From Actinomycetota bacterium (GTDB taxonomy: Bacteria > Actinomycetota > UBA4738 > HRBIN12): a stretch of 64,000 nucleotides of DNA. Shown in pieces: positions 28,017 through 36,948 of this stretch; the first letter of the stretch is position 1, and every line of letters starts with the position of its first letter. Below the pieces are notes generated by a model. The model did not search any database. It was not told where the DNA came from and saw nothing but the letters and a program-made list of their open reading frames with translations. The DNA lies in contig VAYU01000023.1 in assembly GCA_005884925.1 (NCBI GenBank), positions 138,883 to 202,882 of the forward strand, in the 5' to 3' direction. Made by a program: the position numbers and the translations under genes.

Positions 28017-28378
28017 GAGCCGGATCCTTCCTTCGGCCGGGGTGCCGTTCCCGCCGAGGACTCCTTCTTGGTGCTCGTGTCGCCGGCCTTCTTCTCCGAC
28101 GAGCCGGCGTCCTTCTTCGTGTCCGACGAGCCGGCGTCCTTCTTCGAATCCGTCTTCGTTCCGGCCGCAGCGTCGGCCGTCTCGTCCCGCCCCTTCGACC
28201 CCTTGCCATGGTCGGTCGCGTAGAAGCCCGAACCCTTGAACGCGATCGCGGGTGCCGCGAACACCTTCCGAAGTCGGCCCCCACACCGGGGGCAGATCGT
28301 GAGGGTGTCCTCCGTCATCTTCTGGATGATGTCGAACGTGTGGCCGCAGTCACGACACGTGTACTCGTAGGTCGGCAT
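28013..28378 (-). CDS. FmdB-family zinc-ribbon protein with a K/D/S-rich disordered C-terminal tail
   Basis: MPTYEYTCRDCGHTFDIIQKM...ICPRCGG (CxxC...CxxC). The tail is KKDAGSSDTKKDAGSSEKK, encoded by a 27-nt tandem duplication at 28095..28146. Start ATG 28378. Confidence 0.7.
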   Translation of the reverse strand: MPTYEYTCRDCGHTFDIIQKMTEDTLTICPRCGGRLRKVFAAPAIAFKGSGFYATDHGKGSKGRDETADAAAGTKTDSKKDAGSSDTKKDAGSSEKKAGDTSTKKESSAGTAPRPKEGSGS

Positions 28379-28494
28379 GACGAGCCAAGTGTACCGACGC
28401 CCCCTGTGTCGGCCGACCAACCTATGCTGATGTGACGATTGGCGCGGCGATGAAGGGACGCGTATCGTTCGCGGTCCGCGGAGCGAGGGGGCTC

Positions 28495-29373
28495 ATGAAG
28501 GTTCGCAAGGCGGTGATCCCTGCTGCCGGACTCGGGACCCGGTTCCTTCCCGCCACCAAGGCCCAGCCGAAGGTCATGCTCCCCGTGATCGACATCCCCG
28601 CGATCCAGCTCGTGGTCGAGGAGGCGGCTCGAGGCGGCATCGAGGACGTCCTGATCGTCACGGGCCGCGGTCAACGTGCCATCGAGGATCACTTCGACCG
28701 CAACCTGGAGCTCGAGCGCTTCCTCGAGGACAAGGCGAAGTTCGACGAGCTCAAGCGGATCCGGCAGATCTCGGACATGGCGGAGGTCCACTACATCCGC
28801 CAGAAAGAAGCGCTCGGGCTCGGACACGCGATCTCGGTGGCGCAGGCGCACGTCGGCGACGAGCCGTTCGCGGTCATGCTCGGAGACGACCTGATCCATC
28901 CATCCGAGCCGCTCCTGGGCCAGATGCTTCGCTCGCACGACACCTTCGGAAGGAGCGTCATCGCGGCCATGGAGGTCAGCAAGCAGGACATCTCCCTGTA
29001 CGGCTGCATCCAGGCGGAGCCCTTCGAGGAGCATCTCGTGCGGATCCTGTCCATCATCGAGAAGCCGTCGCCGGAGGAAGCCCCCTCCAACCTCGCGGTC
29101 ATCGGCCGGTACGTGTTCACCCCCGAGATCTTCGACGCGCTGCGCCGAACCACGCCGGGGCGCGCTGGCGAGATCCAGCTCACGGACGCGATCAACCTGC
29201 TGGCGCAGGAGCAGGCGGTCTACGCGTACCGCTTCGAGGGCCGACGCTTCGACGTGGGCAACCCCCTCGACTACCTGAAGGCGACGGTGGAGCTCGGCGC
29301 CGAGCGGGACGACCTGGGGCCAGAGTTCCGCGCGTGGCTCGCCCAGTTCGTGCAGCGCGAGAAGCTCGTCTGA
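28495..29373 (+). CDS. galU: UTP--glucose-1-phosphate uridylyltransferase
   Basis: KAVIPAAGLGTRFLPATKAQPKVMLPV, VTGRGQRAIEDHFD, LGLGHAI, VIGRYVF. Start ATG 28495, with a GGAGCGAGGGGG SD. Confidence 0.85.
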   Translation: MKVRKAVIPAAGLGTRFLPATKAQPKVMLPVIDIPAIQLVVEEAARGGIEDVLIVTGRGQRAIEDHFDRNLELERFLEDKAKFDELKRIRQISDMAEVHYIRQKEALGLGHAISVAQAHVGDEPFAVMLGDDLIHPSEPLLGQMLRSHDTFGRSVIAAMEVSKQDISLYGCIQAEPFEEHLVRILSIIEKPSPEEAPSNLAVIGRYVFTPEIFDALRRTTPGRAGEIQLTDAINLLAQEQAVYAYRFEGRRFDVGNPLDYLKATVELGAERDDLGPEFRAWLAQFVQREKLV

Positions 29374-29428
29374 ACCACGCCCGGCGAGCTGCATCGTCCC
29401 CTCCCAGGGCCTGAGTAGACTGCCCTGC

Positions 29429-30691
29429 ATGGCCGACCGGCACCAGCACGATCACGACTCGGCGGAGGGCTTGGTCCCCCTCGAGGAAGCGCGCGAGCGG
29501 ATCCTCTCGCGGATCGAGCCGCTCCGGCCCCTGCAGTTGCCGCTGACCGACGCCTACGGGTGCGTCGCCGCGGAGAACATCTTCTCGGCGGTGGATCTCC
29601 CGGAGTTCGCGTCCTCGGCGATGGACGGCTTCGCGCTCCGCGCGTCGGACATCGCCGAGGCGTCGAGCGACGATCCCGCCGAGCTCAAGGTGGTGGGTCA
29701 CGCGATGATCGGGCAGCGGCCGGAGGCGACGGTCGGGATGGGCGAGGCGGTCGCGATCGCGACCGGCGCGCCGATCCCGGCCGGCGCCGACGCAGTCGTG
29801 CCGATCGAGATCGCCGAGCCCCGCGACGATGACCTCGTCCGGGTGTTCGACGCCGTCGAGGCGGGCCGGCACATCCGTCCTCGTGGCGAGGACGTCCGCG
29901 CCGGCGAGGTCCTCGTCCCGCTCGGGAAGCGACTGAGCGCGGGCGAGCTCGGCCTCCTCGCGAACGCTGGCGTCCCTCACCCGATGGTGCATCCGCGCCC
30001 TCGCATCGTCGTGCTCTCGACCGGGGACGAGCTGATCCCGCCCACCGAGAGCCCGACGTTCGGTCAGGTGCGCGATTCCAACGCCTACACCTTGTTCGCG
30101 GCGCTCCGCGAAGCGGGGGCGATCCCCGTGCTCGCCGGGATCGTGCGCGACGATCCGGAATCGCTCAAGGAATCGGTCTTCAATTACGAGATCCAGGCCG
30201 ACGGGTTCGTGTCGTCCGGTGGCGTCTCGGTCGGGGAGCGGGACGTCGTCAAGGCCGCCTTCTTCCGACGCGGCGACATCGATTTCTACCGCGTCGCGAT
30301 GCAGCCGGGAATGCCGCAAGGGTTCGGGTTCATCGAGGGGAAGCCGTTCTTCGGCCTGCCGGGGAACCCGGTCAGCGTCTTCGTGAGCTTCGAGATGTTC
30401 GTTCGCCCGGCGGTCCTCAAGATGATGGGCAGGGCCCAGCTCGAGCGGCCCCAGATCACGGCGACCCTCACCGGCGAGATCAGCGGCCCGGGGGACAAGA
30501 GCGTGCTCGCTCGGGTCGTGGTGGCGAGGGGTCCGGATGGCTGGACCGCCGCTCCGACCGGGGGCCGAGGCTCCAACCTGATCGCGACGGTGGCTCGGGC
30601 GAACGGCCTCGCCCTCCTGGAGCCCGGGGTCGAGCGAGCGGGCCCAGGCGAGCGGGTCCGTGTGCGGCTGTTCCGGGCGTCGGAAGACTGA
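29429..30691 (+). CDS. moeA: molybdopterin molybdenumtransferase MoeA
   Basis: 420 aa: SAMDGFALR, VVLSTGDEL, DSNAYTL, GGVSVGERD, GLPGNPVS. Confidence 0.85.
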   Translation: MADRHQHDHDSAEGLVPLEEARERILSRIEPLRPLQLPLTDAYGCVAAENIFSAVDLPEFASSAMDGFALRASDIAEASSDDPAELKVVGHAMIGQRPEATVGMGEAVAIATGAPIPAGADAVVPIEIAEPRDDDLVRVFDAVEAGRHIRPRGEDVRAGEVLVPLGKRLSAGELGLLANAGVPHPMVHPRPRIVVLSTGDELIPPTESPTFGQVRDSNAYTLFAALREAGAIPVLAGIVRDDPESLKESVFNYEIQADGFVSSGGVSVGERDVVKAAFFRRGDIDFYRVAMQPGMPQGFGFIEGKPFFGLPGNPVSVFVSFEMFVRPAVLKMMGRAQLERPQITATLTGEISGPGDKSVLARVVVARGPDGWTAAPTGGRGSNLIATVARANGLALLEPGVERAGPGERVRVRLFRASED

Positions 30692-30693
30692 CG

Positions 30694-31164
30694 GTGGACG
30701 ATCGCTCCAGGAGCGACGGCACCACGAGGATCGTGGAGGTCGGCGCCAAACCGGAGACGGCTCGCGAGGCGACCGCCGAGGCGTGGCTCGTGAGCACGAC
30801 CGAGACGGTCGCGGCCCTCGTCGGCGGGACGAAGAAGGGCTCGCCGATCGAGACCGCGAAGGTCGCGGGGATGATCGGTGTGAAGAAGACGCCAGACCTG
30901 CTGCCGCATTGCCATCCGGTCCGGGTCACGGGCGCCGACGTCACCGTCGAACCGGACGTCGCGGGGGGCCGGATCCACGTGGTCACGACGGTGCGAGCCC
31001 TCGACCGCACCGGGGTGGAGATGGAAGCGCTCACGTCGGTCTCCATCGCCGCGCTCTCGTTGTACGACACCGCGAAAGCGTTCGACCGCTCCGCCCGGAT
31101 CGAAGGCATCAGGTTGCTCGCGAAATCCGGTGGGAAGTCCGGTGAGTACCGCGCGGCCGGTTGA
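30694..31164 (+). CDS. moaC: cyclic pyranopterin monophosphate synthase MoaC
   Basis: 156 aa: ...KKGSPIETAKVAGMIGVKKTPDLLPHCHP...EALT(S)VSIAALSLYD. GTG start 3 nt after the moeA stop. Confidence 0.85.
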   Translation: MDDRSRSDGTTRIVEVGAKPETAREATAEAWLVSTTETVAALVGGTKKGSPIETAKVAGMIGVKKTPDLLPHCHPVRVTGADVTVEPDVAGGRIHVVTTVRALDRTGVEMEALTSVSIAALSLYDTAKAFDRSARIEGIRLLAKSGGKSGEYRAAG

Positions 31165-31202
31165 CCCCGGCCGAACGACGCGCGAACGCGAGGCGAGGGA
31201 AT

Positions 31203-31274
31203 CACATCGATGTGCTTTCCGAGCACTAGATGTGGTGCTACGGTCCCATCCCAGCCCAGATGTTGTGTCACAAC
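31203..31274. promoter_or_regulatory. cluster of three palindromic or half-site elements sharing a GATGTG/CACATC motif; candidate operator upstream of 31312
   Basis: CACATCGATGTG (31203..31214, perfect 12-bp palindrome); AGCAC-TAGATGTG-GTGCT (31222..31239); GTTGTGTCACAAC (31262..31274, 6-bp arms). All lie within 110 nt upstream of the next gene start. Confidence 0.35.
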
Positions 31275-31311
31275 CGGGGGGCGACAGGCGGGAGGCTGGG
31301 ACGTGGAGTGG

Positions 31312-31866
31312 ATGGTTCTCGCCGCGTTCGGCATCATGTGGGTCGCCTTCTTGGTGCCTCGGGGCCGCAAGCGGTCCGAGACCCGGTCGGTGACCGATTT
31401 CGAACAGAGGATGGAGCTCTTGGCCAACGCTGAGGTTCACGGGACGACCGGACGCTGGATCGTGACCCCGCGCAAGGGGGTTCGGTTCCTCGGTCCGGAC
31501 GATCGTCGTCGCGCCCGTGCCCGCGAACGCCGTCGGAAGGTCTTCGTCGTGCTGTTGGATTCGATCGTCCTGACGGCCCTGATCGGGGCGGCGCCGCCGC
31601 TCCGGGCGATGTGGTTCGTGGCGGCTGGCCTCGGAGCGGTCCTTTTCGTCTACATGTGGGTCCTGCTCTCGATCAAGGGACGCTCCACCCACCGGCACGG
31701 TCGTGCGCCCGCGGCGGCGAACGGGGAGCTTCGGCGTCCCGTCGGCGTTCCGTCGCACGCGGATCCGAACGCCGCCGCCGCGCCGCGGCCGGGGTTCCAC
31801 GATCTCGACATCTTCGACGACGAGCCCGTCCACGTCGTCGTCCACACGGCCTCGGCCGGCGTCTGA
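31312..31866 (+). CDS. membrane protein, hypothetical (3 TM)
   Basis: MVLAAFGIMWVAFLV...VFVVLLDSIVLTALIGAAPPL...FVAAGLGAVLFVYMWVLL. An alternative GTG start at 31303 has GGGAGG upstream. The first 34 codons of the track ORF are Cys/Arg-rich junk. Confidence 0.5.
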   Translation: MVLAAFGIMWVAFLVPRGRKRSETRSVTDFEQRMELLANAEVHGTTGRWIVTPRKGVRFLGPDDRRRARARERRRKVFVVLLDSIVLTALIGAAPPLRAMWFVAAGLGAVLFVYMWVLLSIKGRSTHRHGRAPAAANGELRRPVGVPSHADPNAAAAPRPGFHDLDIFDDEPVHVVVHTASAGV

Positions 31867-31872
31867 CCCGGC

Positions 31873-32511
31873 GTGGATCCCGACCGTCTGTCGGATGCGC
31901 TCCACGAGCGGTTCGACGCGAAGACGGCCGCTCGCGAGAGGGCCTTGCCGGCGGCCCGACGCTCGATCCGCGCTTCCGCGAACGCGATCCGTGCCGTGCA
32001 CCGCGGCGAGTTCGGAACGGCTCGCTCGCTGATCCAGGATTCACGAGCCGCGCTCGACGAAGGCACGGACGGGGTGACCTCGCATCCGGACGTGCGCTTC
32101 GCCGGATACCTGCTGGATGCCGAGAAGGAATACGCGGAGGCGAACCTGACCTACGCGTTGGTATCCGGCGAGGAGCTTCCCGCGCCCGACGCGCTCGGGG
32201 TCGGCGACGCGCCGTACCTGAACGGCATGGCCGAAACGATCGGCGAGGGCCGGCGGCACATCCTCGACCTGCTGCGGATCGGCGACGTCGAGAAGGCCGA
32301 GCGCGTGCTCGCGACGCTCGAGGACATGTACGGCCTCCTGGTGACGATGGATTATCCCGACGCGATCACGATGAACCTCCGGCGCTCGACGGACGTCGCC
32401 CGGAGCCTGATCGAGAAGACACGGGGGGATCTGTCGATCGCGTTCGTCCAACGGGATCTGCACGACGCGTTGGAGCGACACGCGAGACTCATCGAGGGCG
32501 ACGCGTCCTGA
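31873..32511 (+). CDS. translin-family protein (bacterial/archaeal translin-like)
   Basis: 212 aa, all alpha-helical. The pattern IRASANAIRAVHRGEF...AGYLLDAEKEYAEA...GMAETIGEGRRHILDLLRIGD...RRSTDVARSLIEKTRGDL fits the translin fold family (PF01997). Assigned from memory of the family profile, not searched. Confidence 0.45.
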   Translation: MDPDRLSDALHERFDAKTAARERALPAARRSIRASANAIRAVHRGEFGTARSLIQDSRAALDEGTDGVTSHPDVRFAGYLLDAEKEYAEANLTYALVSGEELPAPDALGVGDAPYLNGMAETIGEGRRHILDLLRIGDVEKAERVLATLEDMYGLLVTMDYPDAITMNLRRSTDVARSLIEKTRGDLSIAFVQRDLHDALERHARLIEGDAS

Positions 32512-32548
32512 CGGGTCGGTCGGACCCCTCTGCTACGCTTGCCCGAAC

Positions 32549-32625
32549 GGGGGTGTAGCTCAGCCCGGTAGAGCACTGCCTTCGCACGGCAGGGGTCAGG
32601 GGTTCAAATCCCCTCACCTCCACCA
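32549..32625 (+). tRNA. tRNA-Ala (anticodon CGC), CCA encoded
   Basis: GGGGGTGTAGCTCAGCCCGGTAGAGCACTGCCTTCGCACGGCAGGGGTCAGGGGTTCAAATCCCCTCACCTCCACCA. Cloverleaf: 7-bp acceptor with G3:U70 (Ala identity), D-arm GCTC/GAGC, anticodon stem CTGCC/GGCAG with loop TTCGCAC, T-arm AGGGG/CCCCT with loop TTCAAAT. Confidence 0.9.
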
Positions 32626-32752
32626 GACGAGAACGACGTCTGTCACCCGAACGCCCTTCCCCCGTTCTTCCGCGCTGCTCCGGCATCCGGTCGTTGCAAC
32701 GGCCCCTCGTGCAGGGCACCATCGTGCTGTTCCCGAGCCTGTGGAGGCACCC

Positions 32753-33220
32753 ATGAAGGACCAGCGCTTCAACTACGCGGGGATCGGTGGCGCCGTCGCA
32801 GGCGTCGTGGGTCTCCTCGGCATCTACGCCGACTGGTGGCAGACGGACACCACCGTCTATCACGGAACCGCAGACATCTCGGGCCAGCTCGCGCTCGCGA
32901 TGTCGATCGGCCTGTTCGCGTTCGGGGCCGCCTACGTCCTGTTCTCCGACCAGCGGATCCGCCGCGCGATGGGCGCCCTCATGACGCTGTTCGCCGTCGT
33001 GCTCACGCTCGCCTGCGTCTGGGGCCTGCAGCGAGCCGACAGCGTTGCGGCCGGCGCGTCCACGAAAGCCGGACTCTGGGTGTCGCTGCTCGGAGGCGTC
33101 GTGGGGATCGCCGCGTCGATGCTGGCGCTGAAGTACGCCTCCGACGAGGACGCGTCCACCATGACCTCCGGCGGTGACCACGGGGCGGACACGGTCTCGC
33201 ACGCGTCGAGCGCGAGCTGA
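32753..33220 (+). CDS. membrane protein, hypothetical (4 TM)
   Basis: Start ATG 32753 (MKDQRF), with a GGAGGCACCC SD. Four hydrophobic helices and an acidic C-terminus. Confidence 0.5.
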   Translation: MKDQRFNYAGIGGAVAGVVGLLGIYADWWQTDTTVYHGTADISGQLALAMSIGLFAFGAAYVLFSDQRIRRAMGALMTLFAVVLTLACVWGLQRADSVAAGASTKAGLWVSLLGGVVGIAASMLALKYASDEDASTMTSGGDHGADTVSHASSAS

Positions 33221-33241
33221 CCTCGGAGTACCCTGCGGCCC

Positions 33242-34474
33242 ATGGTCGCGGGCCTCTCAAGGACGTGGTGGTCGCGTCCGGGGTTGGAGGTCCGCGACGG
33301 ACGGCTCATCGTGGCCGGCCGCGACGCGGAGGTCGTTGGGAGGACGAGCGGCACGCCCGCGTACGTGTACGACCTCACGCGGATCGCGGAGCAGGCGAGC
33401 GCGCTCCGCGACGCGCTCGCCGATGCCGGCCTCAGCGCGCTCGTCCGGCTCGCGCTGAAGGCTCAGCGCGAGCCGGACGTGCTCGCGTTCCTCCGCGAAC
33501 GGTGCCCATGGGTCGCGGTGGACGTCTGTTCCCCCGGCGAGATCGCCTGGGCGCTCCGTCACGGCTGGCGTCCTGACGAGATCAGCTACACGGGGACGAA
33601 CCTCTCCGAGCGCGACCTGGACGCGATCCTCGACTCCGGTGTCCACCTCAACCTGGACCTGCTGACGCAGCTCGACCGGGTCGGGCGACGGGCGCCGGGC
33701 ACGTCGGTCGGCCTCCGGGTCAACCCTCGCGTCGGCGCGTCGTGGGGCGGAGGCACCTCGACCCTGTACACGGGGGAGCGACCGACGAAGTTCGGCCTGT
33801 TCGCGGAACAGCTGACCGATGCCGTCGCGATCTGCGGGCAGCATGGACTCACGATCGAAACCGTTCATGTCCACGTCGGTGATGGCTACCTGAGCGATGG
33901 GCTGCCGGTGTTCGAGGAGACCATGCGCCGCGTTGCCGAGCTGACCCGCAGCCTGCGAGACCTGGGATGTCCGATCCGTGAGGTCAACACGGGCGGGGGC
34001 TTGGGCGTTCCGCAGCGCTCGGGCGAGGCGCCGCTCGACCTCGCCCGGTGGGCGGCGATCGCGGCGGAGCACCTGGGGCCTCTGGACGTCGTCGTCGCGA
34101 CCGAACCCGGCGACTTCCTGGTGAAGGAGAGCGCCGTCCTGCTCGCCGAGATCGTCACGCTCGAGGAGCGCGACGGCCTCCTGTTCGCAGGGCTGGATAC
34201 CGGATGGAACCAAGTGCCGGAGCGGTTCATCTACGACGCGCTCCTGGACGTCGTGGTCTGCCGCGCCGCCGATGCGGAGCCGGACCGTCCGGTGACCGTG
34301 AGCGGCAACATCAACGAGGGCGACGATCTGTTCGCGGTCGATCATCCACTGCCCGCGGTACGCGAAGGCGACGTGGTCGCCCTGGTCGGCGTCGGCAGCT
34401 ACAACGCCAGCTTGTACTCGGAGCACTGCCTCCGACCGCCGGCCTCGGCCGTGTTCTTCCGGGATCGCCCGTGA
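33242..34474 (+). CDS. PLP-dependent decarboxylase, Orn/DAP/Arg decarboxylase family (diaminopimelate decarboxylase-like)
   Basis: 410 aa, alanine-racemase-like TIM barrel plus a C-terminal beta domain. ...AYVYDL...(K)...HVHVGDG...EPGDFLV...GSYN. Substrate not assignable from sequence. Confidence 0.7.
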   Translation: MVAGLSRTWWSRPGLEVRDGRLIVAGRDAEVVGRTSGTPAYVYDLTRIAEQASALRDALADAGLSALVRLALKAQREPDVLAFLRERCPWVAVDVCSPGEIAWALRHGWRPDEISYTGTNLSERDLDAILDSGVHLNLDLLTQLDRVGRRAPGTSVGLRVNPRVGASWGGGTSTLYTGERPTKFGLFAEQLTDAVAICGQHGLTIETVHVHVGDGYLSDGLPVFEETMRRVAELTRSLRDLGCPIREVNTGGGLGVPQRSGEAPLDLARWAAIAAEHLGPLDVVVATEPGDFLVKESAVLLAEIVTLEERDGLLFAGLDTGWNQVPERFIYDALLDVVVCRAADAEPDRPVTVSGNINEGDDLFAVDHPLPAVREGDVVALVGVGSYNASLYSEHCLRPPASAVFFRDRP

Positions 34475-35238
34475 TCCCGGAGCTCCCCGTCGGGCACCCG
34501 TGGTTCGCGGCCGAGGACGCCGGCAGCGGCATCGCGCGACTGTTCGAGCCTTACGTCGATCCGTTCCTCGAGTCGAACGTCTGGCACGTATCGGGAGCCG
34601 AACGCGACCTCGTCGTCGACACCGCGAACGGGATCGGCCCCCTGCGGCCGGCGGTGGAAGCCCTGAGTGACGGCAAGCCGGTCGTCGCGATCGCAACCCA
34701 TGCCCACTTCGATCACGTTGGGGGACTGCACGAGTTCGATGATCGTCGGTGCCATCGCCTGGATGCCGAGATGCCGGCTCCGGCGGGGCTGCGGCTGATG
34801 CGCGAAGCGTTCCCCGATTGGCTCGTGGAGGATTTCGCGTGGTACGGCTCTCCGTTGCCGGAGGTCGTGGCGCTGAGCGCGGTGCCCGACGCCAGTTTCG
34901 ACGTGACCGCCTGGACCACGCCGCCCACCGAAGCGACCTCCTTCCTCGACGAGGGCGACGCGATCGATCTGGGGGATCGCTCGTTCGTCGCACTACACAC
35001 CCCTGGACACACGGACGGATCGATCTGTCTGTGGGAGGAAGCGAGCGGAATGATCTTCACGGGCGACGCGATCTACGTGGATGCGAGGCTCGGGTGGGAG
35101 GATCCGGAGGCGTTCGCCGCTTCGCTCGTCCGGTTGCGGGATCTGGACATCCGCATCGCACACAGCGGCCACGGGCGATCGTTCGAAGGCGCAGAGCTCC
35201 GGGATGCAGTCGATGCCGCGCTCCGCGGCCTCGGCTGA
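34471..35238 (+). CDS. MBL-fold metallo-hydrolase
   Basis: A GTG start overlaps the decarboxylase stop (GTGA). HxHxDH motif (ATHAHFDHVGG) and downstream HTPGHTDGS. The first 141 codons of the track ORF are junk inside the preceding gene. Confidence 0.75.
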   Translation: MIPELPVGHPWFAAEDAGSGIARLFEPYVDPFLESNVWHVSGAERDLVVDTANGIGPLRPAVEALSDGKPVVAIATHAHFDHVGGLHEFDDRRCHRLDAEMPAPAGLRLMREAFPDWLVEDFAWYGSPLPEVVALSAVPDASFDVTAWTTPPTEATSFLDEGDAIDLGDRSFVALHTPGHTDGSICLWEEASGMIFTGDAIYVDARLGWEDPEAFAASLVRLRDLDIRIAHSGHGRSFEGAELRDAVDAALRGLG

Positions 35239-35239
35239 T

Positions 35240-35473
35240 CTAGATCTCCGCTGTGGCTTCGTCGTCCGTCGGTGGCTCCGACTCGCGCGATTCCCAGAGC
35301 CGGCGTGCGCCGTAGAGCGTGAGCAGCGCGCCGAACGCCAGCACCGGCCAGATCCACAAGACGGACGGGCGGAGCTCGTGGAGCCGTACGTGGCCGAACA
35401 GGAGGACCGCCGAGTAGATCACGAGTACGGCGCCGGCCACGAACGACAGCGGGTCGAAGCGATGCGGCTTCAT
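35240..35473 (-). CDS. small membrane protein (2 TM), downstream of and coupled to the PspC-domain gene
   Basis: 77 aa. Its ATG overlaps the upstream gene's stop (ATGA). Confidence 0.45.
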   Translation of the reverse strand: MKPHRFDPLSFVAGAVLVIYSAVLLFGHVRLHELRPSVLWIWPVLAFGALLTLYGARRLWESRESEPPTDDEATAEI

Positions 35474-36819
35474 GGTCCGGTCACCACGCGGTCGATCTCG
35501 ATCTCGCCGACCGAGGTGTGCACGGAGAGCATGATCGGACGACCACCACCCCTCCCCTCGATCGATTCATCGATCGTCATGTCCACCCCACCTCGGGTCC
35601 GTCGGCTCACGTCGACCCAGAAGTACTTCCGCCGCCGGATCGTGGCGACCGAATACCCTCCGACGCCGACATCGCCCGTCACCGAGAGGTCCGCACCCGA
35701 TGGGACGAGGATCTGGAGCTTGCCGGCGCCCATCTCCGCCGTGATCGCGGCCGGATCCGTTCCCTGCGGCAGGTTCGTGAGATCGACCCGCAGCGTGCCG
35801 CCCGCGACCGCGTAGCTCGCCGGGAGCTGATCGGTCCGTGTCACCGCGAACGACCGATCACCGAACCCCTGATCGAGCGGGATCGTGATCACCGTCGCGA
35901 GCAGCGCCAGCGGTGCGAGGAGGAGCGCCGGCAGGAGCAGCCATCGAGCCTGTCCGTACCACGCGCCGACGCAGAGCCCGACCCCGAGCACGAGAAGCAC
36001 GAGGGCAAAGCCACCGCCCACCGTGAGGCTGATCGCACCGATCAGATCGAGGAGCGCGGCGATCCCGAGCGCCAGCAGCGCCACCCCGATCGTGAGCGGG
36101 AAAACGAAGGAACGCCCTCGCTCCTTGGGTTGACGGCCCCGCATCACCAGCCCCACCACGAGCAGCATGGCGGCGAGGATCAGGAGCCCGATCTCTCCGC
36201 CGATGTCTTGCAGGCTTCCGCGCTCCATCAACCGCACCATCGCGAGGAGGCCCAGCGCGAGCGCACCACCCACGAGGCCGAGGAACCAACGTTCGCGAGC
36301 GCTCTGCGGCGGGGAAGGCGCCGCAGAGCGCTCGACCGGCGTGACCGGTGGCATCGGAAAGGGTTCCGTGTCTCGCAGCGACGGGCGGTCGTCGTCCGGA
36401 GGCGCTGACGGACCCACAACCTCCGACGTCTGACCCCGGAACAGGAGGACGCCGAGCCCGATCAGCAGGAACGCGAACACGAGCGATGGGCGCCACCATC
36501 CGAGCTGACCGGCGAAGAGCATCACACCCACGACGAGGAGCGCGACCCCGAGCCATGTCGGCGCGCCCGGGAACCGCTTCGACATCCGTCGCGCCGCGGA
36601 GTCCGCGAGGTCGCGCCGGGGCAGCAGCCACCACAGGAAGGCGTACGCCAAGACGCCCACGCCGCCGATCACCGTCGCCACCACGAAGCCGAGACGAACC
36701 ACCCACGGATCGACGTCGAGGCCGTCCGCAACGCCGCTCGCCACTCCCGCGAACCAGCGGTCGGTGGAGCGTCGCGACCACCGCCGGACCTCCGTCGGCG
36801 TTATGACCGGCTCGTCCAT
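35470..36819 (-). CDS. PspC-domain membrane protein (LiaF/PspC-like stress module component)
   Basis: N-terminal PspC domain (WFAGVASGVADGLDVDPWVVRLGFVV), multiple TM helices and a C-terminal beta-rich domain. Divergent from the PspC-histidine kinase gene. Confidence 0.75.
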   Translation of the reverse strand: MDEPVITPTEVRRWSRRSTDRWFAGVASGVADGLDVDPWVVRLGFVVATVIGGVGVLAYAFLWWLLPRRDLADSAARRMSKRFPGAPTWLGVALLVVGVMLFAGQLGWWRPSLVFAFLLIGLGVLLFRGQTSEVVGPSAPPDDDRPSLRDTEPFPMPPVTPVERSAAPSPPQSARERWFLGLVGGALALGLLAMVRLMERGSLQDIGGEIGLLILAAMLLVVGLVMRGRQPKERGRSFVFPLTIGVALLALGIAALLDLIGAISLTVGGGFALVLLVLGVGLCVGAWYGQARWLLLPALLLAPLALLATVITIPLDQGFGDRSFAVTRTDQLPASYAVAGGTLRVDLTNLPQGTDPAAITAEMGAGKLQILVPSGADLSVTGDVGVGGYSVATIRRRKYFWVDVSRRTRGGVDMTIDESIEGRGGGRPIMLSVHTSVGEIEIDRVVTGP

Positions 36820-36948
36820 GGCCGCATCGTGCGACCCGCCGGCCGCCTACGCCATCGGGGAACGCCCCAGGATGAACCCTGAGTTCTGACAGAGAGTCTC
36901 AGGGCTGGCTCCGATGCGGGCCGAGCGCCTCCGTGCGAACATCGGGCC

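Noticed and set aside
27040-28286. 414-aa ORF 27040..28284 (-) as a single large protein
   Set aside because: Except for its last 60 codons, it is an Arg-rich alternative frame of mtnP/fmdB. Only the C-terminal 60-aa segment was retained as a small CDS.
29192-30319. 375-aa ORF antisense to moeA
   Set aside because: Arg/Asp-rich antisense artefact inside a well-supported moeA.
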